IMG/VR virus record: IMGVR_UViG_3300027586_000767
Location: 1-47,851 of that record
Origin: a virus
Lineage: Duplodnaviria; Caudoviricetes
Reading direction: 5' to 3' (one strand)
Length of the DNA: 47,851 nucleotides
A model generated the notes under the pieces. That model was not told the origin of the DNA and did no database searches. It saw only the letters and a program-made list of their open reading frames with translations. Each line of letters begins with the position of its first letter. The stretch's first letter is position 1. The translations under genes were made by a program, and so were the position numbers. Positions 1 to 8,390 of the stretch are shown here, one piece after another.

Positions 1-96
1 GACTTTAGACCTATATTGTTTGAAGATGTTATAAAACGCATCAAAGACGAAGGTGGGATAGTAGGATTCAAATCAGGAAATGGTCCTACAATGTAA
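1..96 (+). CDS. Partial CDS (C-terminus), possibly calcineurin-like metallophosphoesterase
   Basis: Open frame DFRPILFEDVIKRIKDEGGIVGFKSGNGPTM-TAA followed by a terminator; resembles phage phosphoesterase C-termini. Confidence 0.4.
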   Translation, partial: DFRPILFEDVIKRIKDEGGIVGFKSGNGPTM

Positions 97-122
97 ATAG
101 ACCCTTCGGGGTCTATTTTTTT
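95..122 (+). terminator. Rho-independent terminator
   Basis: AAATAGACCC-TTCG-GGGTCTATTT plus T tract. Confidence 0.9.
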
Positions 123-135
123 GGCTAAATACTAT

Positions 136-246
136 ATGAACTATATTGAATATATTGAAAATGTTTGGTTGTATTTGTTTTTATTAATCATGTCCGGTGC
201 CACAGGGTTTGCTTTGGGTCTTTTTATAGGATTTTTTGTGTTATAA
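136..246 (+). CDS. 36-aa membrane peptide (not in ORF track)
   Basis: MNYIEYIENVWLYLFLLIMSGATGFALGLFIGFFVL; TAAATA at 126-131, 4 nt before ATG. Confidence 0.5.
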   Translation: MNYIEYIENVWLYLFLLIMSGATGFALGLFIGFFVL

Positions 247-299
247 AAGTAGCCTAATATAGTGTTATTTTAACGTGTTTGTGTTAGAATAAATATTCT

Positions 300-1124
300 A
301 TGCGTAATATATTTGTAACATTATTATTATTGCCACTACTAGCGTTTGCAGGAACACATACAGTAGTGTACAACGTAACAGATGACAGAGTTGTTCAAGG
401 CTCTTTATACTGTAAGGAAGTTAGTATAGCTAGTATTAGTAAACTAATGACAATATACACGGTTTTGCAAGCAGACCAAAACCTCAACGAAAAATTAACT
501 GTAACTGGAAACAAAGTAAATAATACCAAACTAAAGAAAGGTATGATTTTAACCAGACGTGAGTTAATTGACATGTCACTTATTAGCAGTGACAACTTAG
601 CCGCAACGACATTAGCAGAACATTATCCCGGTGGAATGACACAATTTGTTAGAGAAATGAATTATCATTCTAAACAATTAGGTATGAAAAATACTGGTTT
701 TGTGGAACCAACTGGATTAAGTCCTATGAACTACAGTACAGTAGGAGATGTTGTGCAATTAACAAGAGCAGTAAGTGCATTTGCTATTGTTCAGGAAGCG
801 GCACAGACACATAGAGTAATAACTAATCCAGAAACAGTTAACAAAGGGTATAAAGGTAAATCCAAGAAAAAATCTAAAAAAGAACCGATTAAAAAGAAAT
901 CTACTAAGTCCACTAAATTGATAAACAATCCAACTAGTAACTATTTTGGACACGAAGGTGTCATAACCATCAAAACTGGATTTACTAATGCAGCCGGGTT
1001 TTGTATAACCATGTTGTTATATGCAAACAATCAATTATACAATATAACTGTATTAGGAGCACGTACTAAACAAGAACGTGATGTATTAGTTAAGAAATCA
1101 CTCAAGGCAATACATCACGCATAA
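300..1124 (+). CDS. D-alanyl-D-alanine carboxy/endopeptidase (peptidase S11, PBP7-like)
   Basis: Signal peptide; SxxK (ASISK), SxN (SDN), F.EPTGL, KTG(FT) motifs. Confidence 0.9.
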   Translation: MRNIFVTLLLLPLLAFAGTHTVVYNVTDDRVVQGSLYCKEVSIASISKLMTIYTVLQADQNLNEKLTVTGNKVNNTKLKKGMILTRRELIDMSLISSDNLAATTLAEHYPGGMTQFVREMNYHSKQLGMKNTGFVEPTGLSPMNYSTVGDVVQLTRAVSAFAIVQEAAQTHRVITNPETVNKGYKGKSKKKSKKEPIKKKSTKSTKLINNPTSNYFGHEGVITIKTGFTNAAGFCITMLLYANNQLYNITVLGARTKQERDVLVKKSLKAIHHA

Positions 1125-1162
1125 TATATGCATTTTATACACAAAGTATAAATACGTATATT

Positions 1163-1624
1163 ATGCTACACTTCATCAAAGACCTCACAGACAAATTTTT
1201 AGAATTCATCAAAGACGATCCTGTCCGACCCGAGATATCTAAAGATTTTAGAGTTAGTGATGGCAGAATGGTAGCGGCACTTGTAGATGAAGAACAACCT
1301 GAAGCAATGGTTTGTGTTAGCTTCCATGACTTTGTACCCCAAAATGTAAATGATTTGAACACAGTACATGCTCTACCTACTACCGCAGTATTCTATACTA
1401 TATGGAGTTATAAAGCTGGTAAGGGTCGTGAGTTATTGATTCAAGCAGTTAGAGAGATTCAAAAGTCACATCCTAGTGTTACACGTTTTGTAACATTAAG
1501 TCCTAAGACAGAAGTTGCAAGACGATTTCATCTAAAGAATGGTGCTATCGTATTCCGTGAAAATATTGACACGGTAAATTACGAATATGAACAACCAGTC
1601 GCAATAGAGTCTGACGCTAAATAA
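1163..1624 (+). CDS. GNAT-fold protein resembling the malonyl-CoA decarboxylase catalytic core
   Basis: AVFYTIWS..GKG..LI..V......P....FVTLSP; RFHLKNG GNAT motif B. Confidence 0.6.
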   Translation: MLHFIKDLTDKFLEFIKDDPVRPEISKDFRVSDGRMVAALVDEEQPEAMVCVSFHDFVPQNVNDLNTVHALPTTAVFYTIWSYKAGKGRELLIQAVREIQKSHPSVTRFVTLSPKTEVARRFHLKNGAIVFRENIDTVNYEYEQPVAIESDAK

Positions 1625-1627
1625 TGC

Positions 1628-2068
1628 GTGGACATACAATTCTTTTATAAAAATAATCAGCATAGCTATAAACATGAGTTTATAGTAGCTAAATTTACCA
1701 ATGCTATAAAACAGGTTATAGAACTGCCTGATACACTGGAAGTATGCCTATATCCATTAGCTGATAATATTTATGGTGGCATAGATAGAATGCACGTTAA
1801 TAGGATAGGCATAAATTACAATTTAGACTTTGAATCATTACCTAAAATCCTCACACATGAATTGATACATGTTAGTCAAAAACACTTAGGACATCTTTTA
1901 ATTAAACCTAATGGTATGTGCTATTGGCATGGTATATACTACACAAAGAAACTTCCAGAAGAAATGACCTATGAAGAATACCACAATCTTCCTTGGGAAA
2001 TGGATGCATATAATCGTCAGTCAAAAGTACTACAAAAGGCTTTAGAGATCCTTGCACCAACAATTTGA
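1628..2068 (+). CDS. Zn-dependent metallopeptidase
   Basis: HELIH (HExxH) and downstream PWEMDAY; GTG start. Confidence 0.75.
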   Translation: MDIQFFYKNNQHSYKHEFIVAKFTNAIKQVIELPDTLEVCLYPLADNIYGGIDRMHVNRIGINYNLDFESLPKILTHELIHVSQKHLGHLLIKPNGMCYWHGIYYTKKLPEEMTYEEYHNLPWEMDAYNRQSKVLQKALEILAPTI

Positions 2069-2093
2069 CAATAAATCGTTTTGGGTGTATACT
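2065..2093 (+). promoter_or_regulatory. sigma70 early promoter, cassette family
   Basis: TTGACA-ATAAATCGTTTTGGGTG-TATACT, 17-nt spacer. Confidence 0.85.
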
Positions 2094-2122
2094 AGCGTTC
2101 TATTCACTTGAAAGGGCCAATC

Positions 2123-2341
2123 ATGACTTACGACATTGACAAGTTTGTAAACACTAACAAAGCATTTGTGACTTTTGAGGACCAGTCTGACGAAGATGAA
2201 TCTCAATCTCAATTTGAGAAACTTATTAACTTTGATAAAGTTAATACAGAAGCATACCCTGTGCTTGTTTATGAAATGAATACTAAAGCAGTAGCTTGGT
2301 ATGACATAGAAATGTTCATGGGATTTGCAAAAGTAGACTAA
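2123..2341 (+). CDS. Hypothetical early protein
   Basis: ATG 2123 after AAAGGG, downstream of promoter. Confidence 0.7.
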   Translation: MTYDIDKFVNTNKAFVTFEDQSDEDESQSQFEKLINFDKVNTEAYPVLVYEMNTKAVAWYDIEMFMGFAKVD

Positions 2342-2361
2342 AAGTATTATATACTCAAAAC

Positions 2362-2390
2362 TTGACAATAAATCAAATTGGGTATATAAT
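2362..2390 (+). promoter_or_regulatory. sigma70 early promoter, cassette family (leaderless transcript)
   Basis: TTGACA-ATAAATCAAATTGGGTA-TATAAT; ATG 6 nt downstream. Confidence 0.9.
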
Positions 2391-2396
2391 ACATCT

Positions 2397-2735
2397 ATGA
2401 ACTCGAAAATCAACCGCAAACGTAGAACAGACCGCAATCAAGTCATCTACTACATTCAAGACAATGTAACACTTGAGTACTACATCGGTTTGACCGCTGT
2501 TTGTTTCGCAGGTAACGTGCGTAAGACACTTGTGCGCCGTATGCAAAAGCATATGCAACGTGCTATGACTGAGAACAAAGATTGGGGTTTGTCACGTGCC
2601 TTGCGTGACAAGGGTGCTGAGAATTTTGTATTCGGCGTTGTTGAAATTGTACGAGGCAAGCGTCCTGCTCATGCACGTGAGACAGAATTGATTAACACAT
2701 TGCAACCAGCATTGAACACATTCGGAGTAAAATAA
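2397..2735 (+). CDS. GIY-YIG nuclease domain protein
   Basis: VIYYIQD...YYIGLT; R..KH; ETELI; LN. Confidence 0.75.
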   Translation: MNSKINRKRRTDRNQVIYYIQDNVTLEYYIGLTAVCFAGNVRKTLVRRMQKHMQRAMTENKDWGLSRALRDKGAENFVFGVVEIVRGKRPAHARETELINTLQPALNTFGVK

Positions 2736-2929
2736 TGGACATGATGATTAAATCAACGTCATACGGTGAAGTCGGTATTGACACAGAAGCGAGTCCTGGA
2801 AACGGTTCTTACTATGTTAAAATGTACGATGGTTCCTATGATGCTGTGGGTTTTGATACACTAGAGGAAGCATGGGCTGAGTTAGAGTTTGTGGCTTGCG
2901 GTATCGTTGATGCGGAGTTTGAAGAATGA
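2735..2929 (+). CDS. Hypothetical acidic protein
   Basis: TAATG coupling, GGAG RBS. Confidence 0.65.
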   Translation: MDMMIKSTSYGEVGIDTEASPGNGSYYVKMYDGSYDAVGFDTLEEAWAELEFVACGIVDAEFEE

Positions 2930-3153
2930 AAGTAAACGATATCTTACAATGGGCTGGTGCAGTATTCATTATTGCAGGACACGTGTGTAATGCGATTGGT
3001 CCTAGTGTTTATCCCTACAACATTGTGGCATTCACATTAGGTACAATTATGTTTATGGCATGGACTATCCGTGTAAAGAATCGTCCTCAATTAATAGTGA
3101 ACCTTGTAGCAATTATCACTTGTTTTATTGGTTTAGTTAGTGCCTGGAAATAA
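2926..3153 (+). CDS. Small 3-TM membrane protein
   Basis: Hydrophobic helices; ATGA coupling. Confidence 0.7.
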   Translation: MKVNDILQWAGAVFIIAGHVCNAIGPSVYPYNIVAFTLGTIMFMAWTIRVKNRPQLIVNLVAIITCFIGLVSAWK

Positions 3154-3160
3154 ATAAAAA

Positions 3161-3535
3161 ATGAACAACGAAATCACAATAGAAATGCTGGACCGTAAGA
3201 TTGCATGGTGTGAGCAAAAGCTAGCAGCCGCCAAGGTAGCGGCCATACACCGTATGCAGGATTTTTATTTTGAAAAGACCCGTGATAAAGTAGATGATGA
3301 CTGGCCCGAAAGTTTTTCTTTAGATGACCTTGCCAAAGCATTGAATGTGGAACGTGTGAGTTATAGGGTTTATTATAGTAAGGACAATCTTACTTGCCGA
3401 CTGTTTGTATTTCGTGCCCACTGTACACCTATTGAAATGGAAATAATGGCAAGCATGGGGTTCGTGTTTGCTAATGACGATGACACAGAAAATATTCCTG
3501 ACAAACCAATAGCAATAGAGGAAATTGAAGAATGA
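3161..3535 (+). CDS. Hypothetical protein
   Basis: ORF within operon. Confidence 0.7.
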   Translation: MNNEITIEMLDRKIAWCEQKLAAAKVAAIHRMQDFYFEKTRDKVDDDWPESFSLDDLAKALNVERVSYRVYYSKDNLTCRLFVFRAHCTPIEMEIMASMGFVFANDDDTENIPDKPIAIEEIEE

Positions 3536-3729
3536 CACTAGAAGATTTGCAATACATTTTTGATCGCCAGATAGAAGACGGCACCGAGAGACTGTACTTC
3601 ATGCTGGTGGATGGTGATCGCATGCCTGTGGTCGAACGTCACCCTGCGGAGGATTTGGCTGGACTGTTGCCCATGCTGAGTCATTTCCAATATCATGGTA
3701 ATGAACTTATGCCGAGATTTGTAAAATGA
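3532..3729 (+). CDS. Hypothetical protein
   Basis: ATGA coupling at both ends. Confidence 0.65.
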   Translation: MTLEDLQYIFDRQIEDGTERLYFMLVDGDRMPVVERHPAEDLAGLLPMLSHFQYHGNELMPRFVK

Positions 3730-3926
3730 ATGAACGAATTAGAGAACTTTTGCTACAGGCTACCACCCTTAGAGGTCCTCCATTCATAAGGTTTAAAGTT
3801 GACCAAGAAAAGTTCGCCGAGTTGATTGTGCGGGAATGTGCTGATATTGCAACAATTCATCAACAGAACCATGCACACGATTCTATTGGTCGATATGTTC
3901 TTGAACATTTCGGAGTTGAAGAATGA
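3726..3926 (+). CDS. Conserved small phage protein (MNERIREL...KFAELIVREC...HFGVE type)
   Basis: Recognisable phage family motif; coupled. Confidence 0.7.
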   Translation: MNERIRELLLQATTLRGPPFIRFKVDQEKFAELIVRECADIATIHQQNHAHDSIGRYVLEHFGVEE

Positions 3927-4183
3927 ATAAACCACTTGATGATTTTGATGATGATTTGCCGGAAATGACCGATGAAATAATGAACGAGTTTAAGGCAATA
4001 AAACTTGCTGATTTGCATTTAGGTCCACTAGAAGTAAAACCCCTTGGTAAAAATTCGTGGTTAAATCAATATGGTCCTAAACCACCGGGACCCGAAATTT
4101 ATGCATTGGATGCGTTGATTGCAATTTTATCTTGTGCAACGGTTTGGTTTGTAATCAATGCTTGGATATATGTTTTTAGTTAA
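3923..4183 (+). CDS. Hypothetical protein with C-terminal TM helix
   Basis: GGAG RBS, ATGA coupling. Confidence 0.65.
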   Translation: MNKPLDDFDDDLPEMTDEIMNEFKAIKLADLHLGPLEVKPLGKNSWLNQYGPKPPGPEIYALDALIAILSCATVWFVINAWIYVFS

Positions 4184-4269
4184 GGAAATGTTGAAACCAT
4201 GATGTACTTCCCCGAAAGCACTATCTTTATAATGATAGTATGTGTTATAATAATTTTCAAATATTTTTT

Positions 4270-4554
4270 ATGATAAATTTAAATTTTGCAATTGGATATC
4301 CTTTAACTAGGTTGTCATTCAATCATCTTTTACATTATTGTTGGGAAACGGCATTCAAAAATAAATATTTTGAAATTGAACTGATTCAAGATTGTGAAAA
4401 CCTAATACATTTTAAGTTTGATTGGACAACTAAGTGCGACCATGCAGGTGTTAGGCTAGAATTAGGTTTGTTTGGATATGAACTTATGTTTCAGTTGTAT
4501 GATAATAGACATTGGGATTTTAAAAATAACGATTGGGTGACCGGTGAGTGTTAG
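4270..4554 (+). CDS. Hypothetical protein
   Basis: ORF; start uncertain (4240 or 4270). Confidence 0.6.
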   Translation: MINLNFAIGYPLTRLSFNHLLHYCWETAFKNKYFEIELIQDCENLIHFKFDWTTKCDHAGVRLELGLFGYELMFQLYDNRHWDFKNNDWVTGEC

Positions 4555-4843
4555 TGTAAAATCCTCCGTAAGTACTCCCACACCATTGTTGGATTACACT
4601 TTACGACACAAACATGAACTTGAATTACGTAAGGAAGTATTCAACAAACATTATGATAGAATTAATGAATATCATGATTGGAAACGAAATGACCATAATG
4701 AAAAAAATAGATTGGAAAGAAATCAAGAATTGCGTGATTACATGGAACAAATACATCAATACGAAAACATTAAAAGGCAAAAAGAATATTATGATTATCG
4801 ATACCAATTTTACATTGGTACACTAATAGATTGTTATATATGA
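4544..4843 (+). CDS. Hypothetical coiled-coil protein
   Basis: GTG start, overlaps neighbours. Confidence 0.55.
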   Translation: MSVSVKSSVSTPTPLLDYTLRHKHELELRKEVFNKHYDRINEYHDWKRNDHNEKNRLERNQELRDYMEQIHQYENIKRQKEYYDYRYQFYIGTLIDCYI

Positions 4844-5070
4844 ATAGATTTCCTAGCCCTAACCGATTAAGCAGTTTACTGCAACCATTTATTATACTTC
4901 TGGGCATAGCTTTTATGCTCATTCTATTGTATGGATTTTTTATGGATGACGAATATGATGAAGATGATGAAGTGACCATTACCTTTAACTGTACGCAAGT
5001 ATTAGGTGCACAACACAATTATCCTGAATTTGTAATTAAACAATGTATGCTATTACGGAGGGGTGGATGA
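4840..5070 (+). CDS. Small membrane-anchored protein
   Basis: One TM helix then two Cys; ATGA coupling. Confidence 0.6.
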   Translation: MNRFPSPNRLSSLLQPFIILLGIAFMLILLYGFFMDDEYDEDDEVTITFNCTQVLGAQHNYPEFVIKQCMLLRRGG

Positions 5071-5285
5071 AAAATAAAGAACAAATTATCACTGACATGT
5101 GTTATACGTATAGGCATGATTATGGGTTGCGTAAAGAAGACGGCGAACCAAATTGGACAGCGGGTATGACTGAGCAGGATGCCAAAATGCTTTACAACAC
5201 AATGGAACAGATATACAATAACAACATCGAACCTATTATTGAACACTACAAAGGACAAGAAAATGCACTTAAGTCAAATAAATGA
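5067..5285 (+). CDS. Hypothetical protein
   Basis: GGAGG RBS, ATGA coupling. Confidence 0.65.
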   Translation: MKNKEQIITDMCYTYRHDYGLRKEDGEPNWTAGMTEQDAKMLYNTMEQIYNNNIEPIIEHYKGQENALKSNK

Positions 5286-5787
5286 ATTAACAAATCACCG
5301 TATTACTGAAGGTAGTGAGTATTGCTGGGACTGTTATCCTAACGCACGATACTTAAGTTACGAAAGTGAGTTTGCCCATGTGTCTGTGCTTTACAGTACT
5401 GAGACACAGGAAATATATGAAGCCGATGTAAGTATTAAAACACATGCATGGCCCGAAGACCAAAAACCTTATCGTTGGTTGAATCCTGAACATAAGGATA
5501 GTATGATTGCTGAGGCTAAGGAACGCAAAGTCAAGTGGCGCAAAGCATGGGATGAAGTTAAATGGGTTGACCTTGAAACCGAAGAAGATTTCATAGAAAA
5601 AGCAAAAGCAATTTTTAATGGAGAAGAACATGATAAACGTATTCAAGTTCCGATTGAATTGGAAGATGATGTTATGTTGCAGTTATTCACGGAAGCACAT
5701 AAGCGTGATATTACACTAAATAAGTTTGTTGAGGAGATTTTGCAAAATCTTATTGACACAACTAAGAAAAAGGATTTATCATGTTAG
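5263..5787 (+). CDS. Protein with C-terminal ribbon-helix-helix-like DNA-binding domain
   Basis: AAGGA RBS before ATG 5263; IQVPIELED...AHKRDITLNKFVEEIL. Confidence 0.65.
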   Translation: MHLSQINELTNHRITEGSEYCWDCYPNARYLSYESEFAHVSVLYSTETQEIYEADVSIKTHAWPEDQKPYRWLNPEHKDSMIAEAKERKVKWRKAWDEVKWVDLETEEDFIEKAKAIFNGEEHDKRIQVPIELEDDVMLQLFTEAHKRDITLNKFVEEILQNLIDTTKKKDLSC

Positions 5788-5924
5788 AAACATTATTTTG
5801 GATAGCAATAGGGGCGTTTGTGGGTTGGAATTTTCCGCAACCGGACTTTGCAAAAAATATTCAAGTCAAGTACTTGCAAACGTATATTGACAAATTAAAG
5901 ACAATTTTATTTTTCTGGAAGTAA
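5781..5924 (+). CDS. 47-aa membrane peptide (not in ORF track)
   Basis: MLETLFWIAIGAFVGWNFPQP...; AAGGA RBS; fills the gap. Confidence 0.65.
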   Translation: MLETLFWIAIGAFVGWNFPQPDFAKNIQVKYLQTYIDKLKTILFFWK

Positions 5925-5926
5925 TT

Positions 5927-6226
5927 ATGTTTGAATGGAAAATAGGTAAAATTACCCCGTCATTTGATGACGTTTTCAATGTAGCATGGACGTTAGTTGG
6001 TACACGTGAACACGACGGTAAATCTTTTGTCGCTGATACAACCGGTAGTGTGGATATTACATATGATACTAGTTTTAGTCCTTTTGAGAATTTGTCAGAA
6101 GACCAACAGTTGCAGTATATTTTCCAAAATGGCGTAGACGGTTATTCTGCTGAGGAAATTGTAAGTAAAAAACTTTTTAATCTTATTTCTCCTCCTATAA
6201 TTGTTCCTCCTTTACCCACAGCATAA
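5927..6226 (+). CDS. Hypothetical protein resembling tail-fibre-associated small proteins
   Basis: W.I...V.W...G....F.PFENL.E...PPLP pattern. Confidence 0.5.
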   Translation: MFEWKIGKITPSFDDVFNVAWTLVGTREHDGKSFVADTTGSVDITYDTSFSPFENLSEDQQLQYIFQNGVDGYSAEEIVSKKLFNLISPPIIVPPLPTA

Positions 6227-6244
6227 ATTTTAATCCCAAACTAG

Positions 6245-6273
6245 TTGATTTTAAAATTTAAACGTGATATAAT
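6245..6273 (+). promoter_or_regulatory. sigma70-like promoter (leaderless transcript)
   Basis: TTGATT-17-TATAAT with TGn extension; ATG 6 nt downstream. Confidence 0.7.
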
Positions 6274-6279
6274 TCACGT

Positions 6280-6567
6280 ATGAATTTAATTTTAACTGGT
6301 ATATTTGAATGGATAACCGATGATTACAAAAGTAATAAATTACGTTTTTGTTTTGAGGTCATTGCTTGGGCTATATCTATTGGTTGTGCTATCACTATGG
6401 CCGTCACCGTACCTAATCCCCCCCTTCTGGCCCTTTACCCAATATGGATTACTGGCTGTGCTATATACGCTGGGTGTGCTTATAGTCGGCGTTCCTTTGG
6501 TATGCTTGCTAATTACGTCTTACTCACAACAATCGATACAATCGGATTAATAAGGATGGTTATATGA
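6280..6567 (+). CDS. Small multi-pass membrane protein
   Basis: Three hydrophobic segments. Confidence 0.7.
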   Translation: MNLILTGIFEWITDDYKSNKLRFCFEVIAWAISIGCAITMAVTVPNPPLLALYPIWITGCAIYAGCAYSRRSFGMLANYVLLTTIDTIGLIRMVI

Positions 6568-7031
6568 ATAAAACATGGACTCTGTTAGTACAAGAAGACC
6601 CGGAAAACGGTGATGCTATACTTGAATTTCCTGACGACCTAATGGAAGAGGCAGGCTGGAAAGAAGGTGATGAGTTAGATTGGATTGACAATAAAAATGG
6701 ATCTTACACCTTAAGGAAAAAAGAACCAACTCAATGGGTACTTGTTGAATGTGTCAGTACATTCCGTGAACGCTACATGGTTGAAGTTCCTGTAGGTGTT
6801 GATGATTACGGTAAAAACAAAGCTGATTGGGCATTGGATACTGTTACACTGAATGAAGCAAAAGAATTTAGCCAAGAACATATCGGTGAACAAATTGTTA
6901 GCCATCGTGTTGTGTCTAAAGAAGAAGCACTAGCGTTATGTGATGTGGATAACGACTATGGTAGTTCTTGGGATGAAGAATTAAAAATCAAAAACTTTTT
7001 TACAACTTGGAAAGAACAGGAAAAGAAATGA
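6564..7031 (+). CDS. Protein with N-terminal AbrB/MazE-like domain
   Basis: GDAILEFPDDLMEEAGWKEGDELDW. Confidence 0.65.
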   Translation: MNKTWTLLVQEDPENGDAILEFPDDLMEEAGWKEGDELDWIDNKNGSYTLRKKEPTQWVLVECVSTFRERYMVEVPVGVDDYGKNKADWALDTVTLNEAKEFSQEHIGEQIVSHRVVSKEEALALCDVDNDYGSSWDEELKIKNFFTTWKEQEKK

Positions 7032-7345
7032 ATGTTGCCTCTGAATGGACAGAAAAAGATTGGGACAAATTTGCAGTTTGGATAAAGGGTGTACTTCAAG
7101 TTAACCCGATAACTATCACCTTCACTAAAAAGGATGGTACTGAACGGGTAATGAAATGTACATTGCAACCTGAACTACTACCTGTAGTAGAACAAAAACC
7201 CATTGTTGAAGGTAAAGCACCTAGGAAAGAAAGTACTACTTCATTGCGAGTATTTGATTTAGAGAAAAATGAATGGCGCAGTTTCACTATTCGTAGTGTT
7301 ACACATATTTCAACCAAGTTTGGAGAGGATGATGATACGGTATGA
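7028..7345 (+). CDS. WYL_2/Sm-like SH3 beta-barrel protein
   Basis: ITFTKKDGTERVMKCTL...VFDLEKNEWRSF. Confidence 0.75.
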   Translation: MNVASEWTEKDWDKFAVWIKGVLQVNPITITFTKKDGTERVMKCTLQPELLPVVEQKPIVEGKAPRKESTTSLRVFDLEKNEWRSFTIRSVTHISTKFGEDDDTV

Positions 7346-7568
7346 TGATACAACAAAGGTCACTTGCGTGGATAATGGACAAGCCGTTGATGCAGAAGTG
7401 TTGGAATTTAAACCACAATTGTTGCTAAGTGTAAGCCTAAATAAAAGTATTAAAATGATACTTAAATATTCAGCAAAAAGTGACGAATATCAAGGTGATT
7501 TGTACGGTAGAACTTTTATATCAAAAGGCCCAAAGGGTACCCACTATAGTACAGGCCGGGGCGGTTGA
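7332..7568 (+). CDS. Hypothetical protein
   Basis: GGAG RBS; stop is the TGA of the next -35 box. Confidence 0.65.
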   Translation: MIRYDDTTKVTCVDNGQAVDAEVLEFKPQLLLSVSLNKSIKMILKYSAKSDEYQGDLYGRTFISKGPKGTHYSTGRGG

Positions 7569-7593
7569 CAATAAATAAGGATTCTGCTATACT
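7565..7593 (+). promoter_or_regulatory. sigma70 promoter (leaderless transcript)
   Basis: TTGACA-ATAAATAAGGATTCTGC-TATACT with TGn; ATG 7 nt downstream. Confidence 0.85.
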
Positions 7594-7600
7594 ATAGGTT

Positions 7601-7753
7601 ATGAAAAAGCAAATCTTATCTTTCACTGTTGAACAGCCCAAACATCGGGCCCATCGTGTGTTGTTCCAAGAAAACACACCGTTCAAACCTAAGGTTGTGC
7701 AAAGCAAAATTGCATATCGCCGTAATCCAAAACATAAAAATAGTGAGCACTAA
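7601..7753 (+). CDS. 50-aa basic protein, ArfA/BrfA-like ribosome-rescue candidate (not in ORF track)
   Basis: MKKQILSFTVEQPKHRAHRVLFQENTPFKPKVVQSKIAYRRNPKHKNSEH. Confidence 0.55.
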   Translation: MKKQILSFTVEQPKHRAHRVLFQENTPFKPKVVQSKIAYRRNPKHKNSEH

Positions 7754-7754
7754 C

Positions 7755-7988
7755 ATGAAAGTACTGTTGTGCAAGGATTGTACCTATATCAGTAAAATTC
7801 CTTTAATCAACAAGGTAATACGAAATGATTACGAACATACTTGTTCTCACCCAGATTCTTGGACTGAACCGACCCCCGATTACGTACTAGGCCTGGCTAG
7901 GACCAGTTATTTCAAGACCTGTGAACAATCACGCATGTACGGCGAAAAGTGCGGGATATCTGCTAGAAATTGGACTATAAAAGAGTAA
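7755..7988 (+). CDS. Cys-rich hypothetical protein
   Basis: CKDC..C..C..C pattern; ATG 1 nt after upstream stop. Confidence 0.6.
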   Translation: MKVLLCKDCTYISKIPLINKVIRNDYEHTCSHPDSWTEPTPDYVLGLARTSYFKTCEQSRMYGEKCGISARNWTIKE

Positions 7989-7989
7989 C

Positions 7990-8006
7990 AAAAAGTATTA
8001 CTTTTT
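7990..8006. promoter_or_regulatory. Palindrome AAAAAGTA-T-TACTTTTT, operator-like
   Basis: Perfect inverted repeat 3 nt upstream of the -35 box. Confidence 0.55.
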
Positions 8007-8009
8007 AGG

Positions 8010-8038
8010 TTGACAATAAATCACTTTGGGTATATAAT
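8010..8038 (+). promoter_or_regulatory. sigma70 early promoter, cassette family
   Basis: TTGACA-ATAAATCACTTTGGGTA-TATAAT. Confidence 0.9.
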
Positions 8039-8070
8039 ATATCTTGTTCAGTTGATTAAAGGAGTAAACA

Positions 8071-8373
8071 ATGGAACGATTTTCACAGATTCAGCAAGTC
8101 AATTCTACTATCATGTTTGGTAACTTTACCAATGATGAACTGAATAGCATCAACGATGCCGTTAAGTTTGCCCGTGCTGGTATTGCAAAGCAAAACAAAC
8201 GTGCCATGAATGTTGGTACTGTTGTCAAATTTACAAATAGTAAAACCGGTATGACAATTACCGGTACTGTCAAAAAAGTAAATCAAAAGTATATCCTTGT
8301 GAATGAGCAAAAAGCAGGCAGCTTGATTGGCTCTACATGGAGAGTTCCAGCTAGCATGTTGTCCGTTGCGTAA
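8071..8373 (+). CDS. Hypothetical early protein (KOW/SH3-like C-terminus)
   Basis: AAGGAG RBS; VGTVVKF...GTVKKVN..YILV...WRVP. Confidence 0.75.
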   Translation: MERFSQIQQVNSTIMFGNFTNDELNSINDAVKFARAGIAKQNKRAMNVGTVVKFTNSKTGMTITGTVKKVNQKYILVNEQKAGSLIGSTWRVPASMLSVA

Positions 8374-8390
8374 AAACAACATACCCAAAT

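Noticed and set aside
2397-2735. Mobile homing endonuclease or intron
   Set aside because: Only a 112-aa catalytic domain with no DNA-binding module; no interrupted host gene or intron structure
7629-7754. N-terminal part of listed ORF 7629-7988
   Set aside because: TTG start lies within the better-supported 7601-7753 ORF; real start is probably ATG 7755
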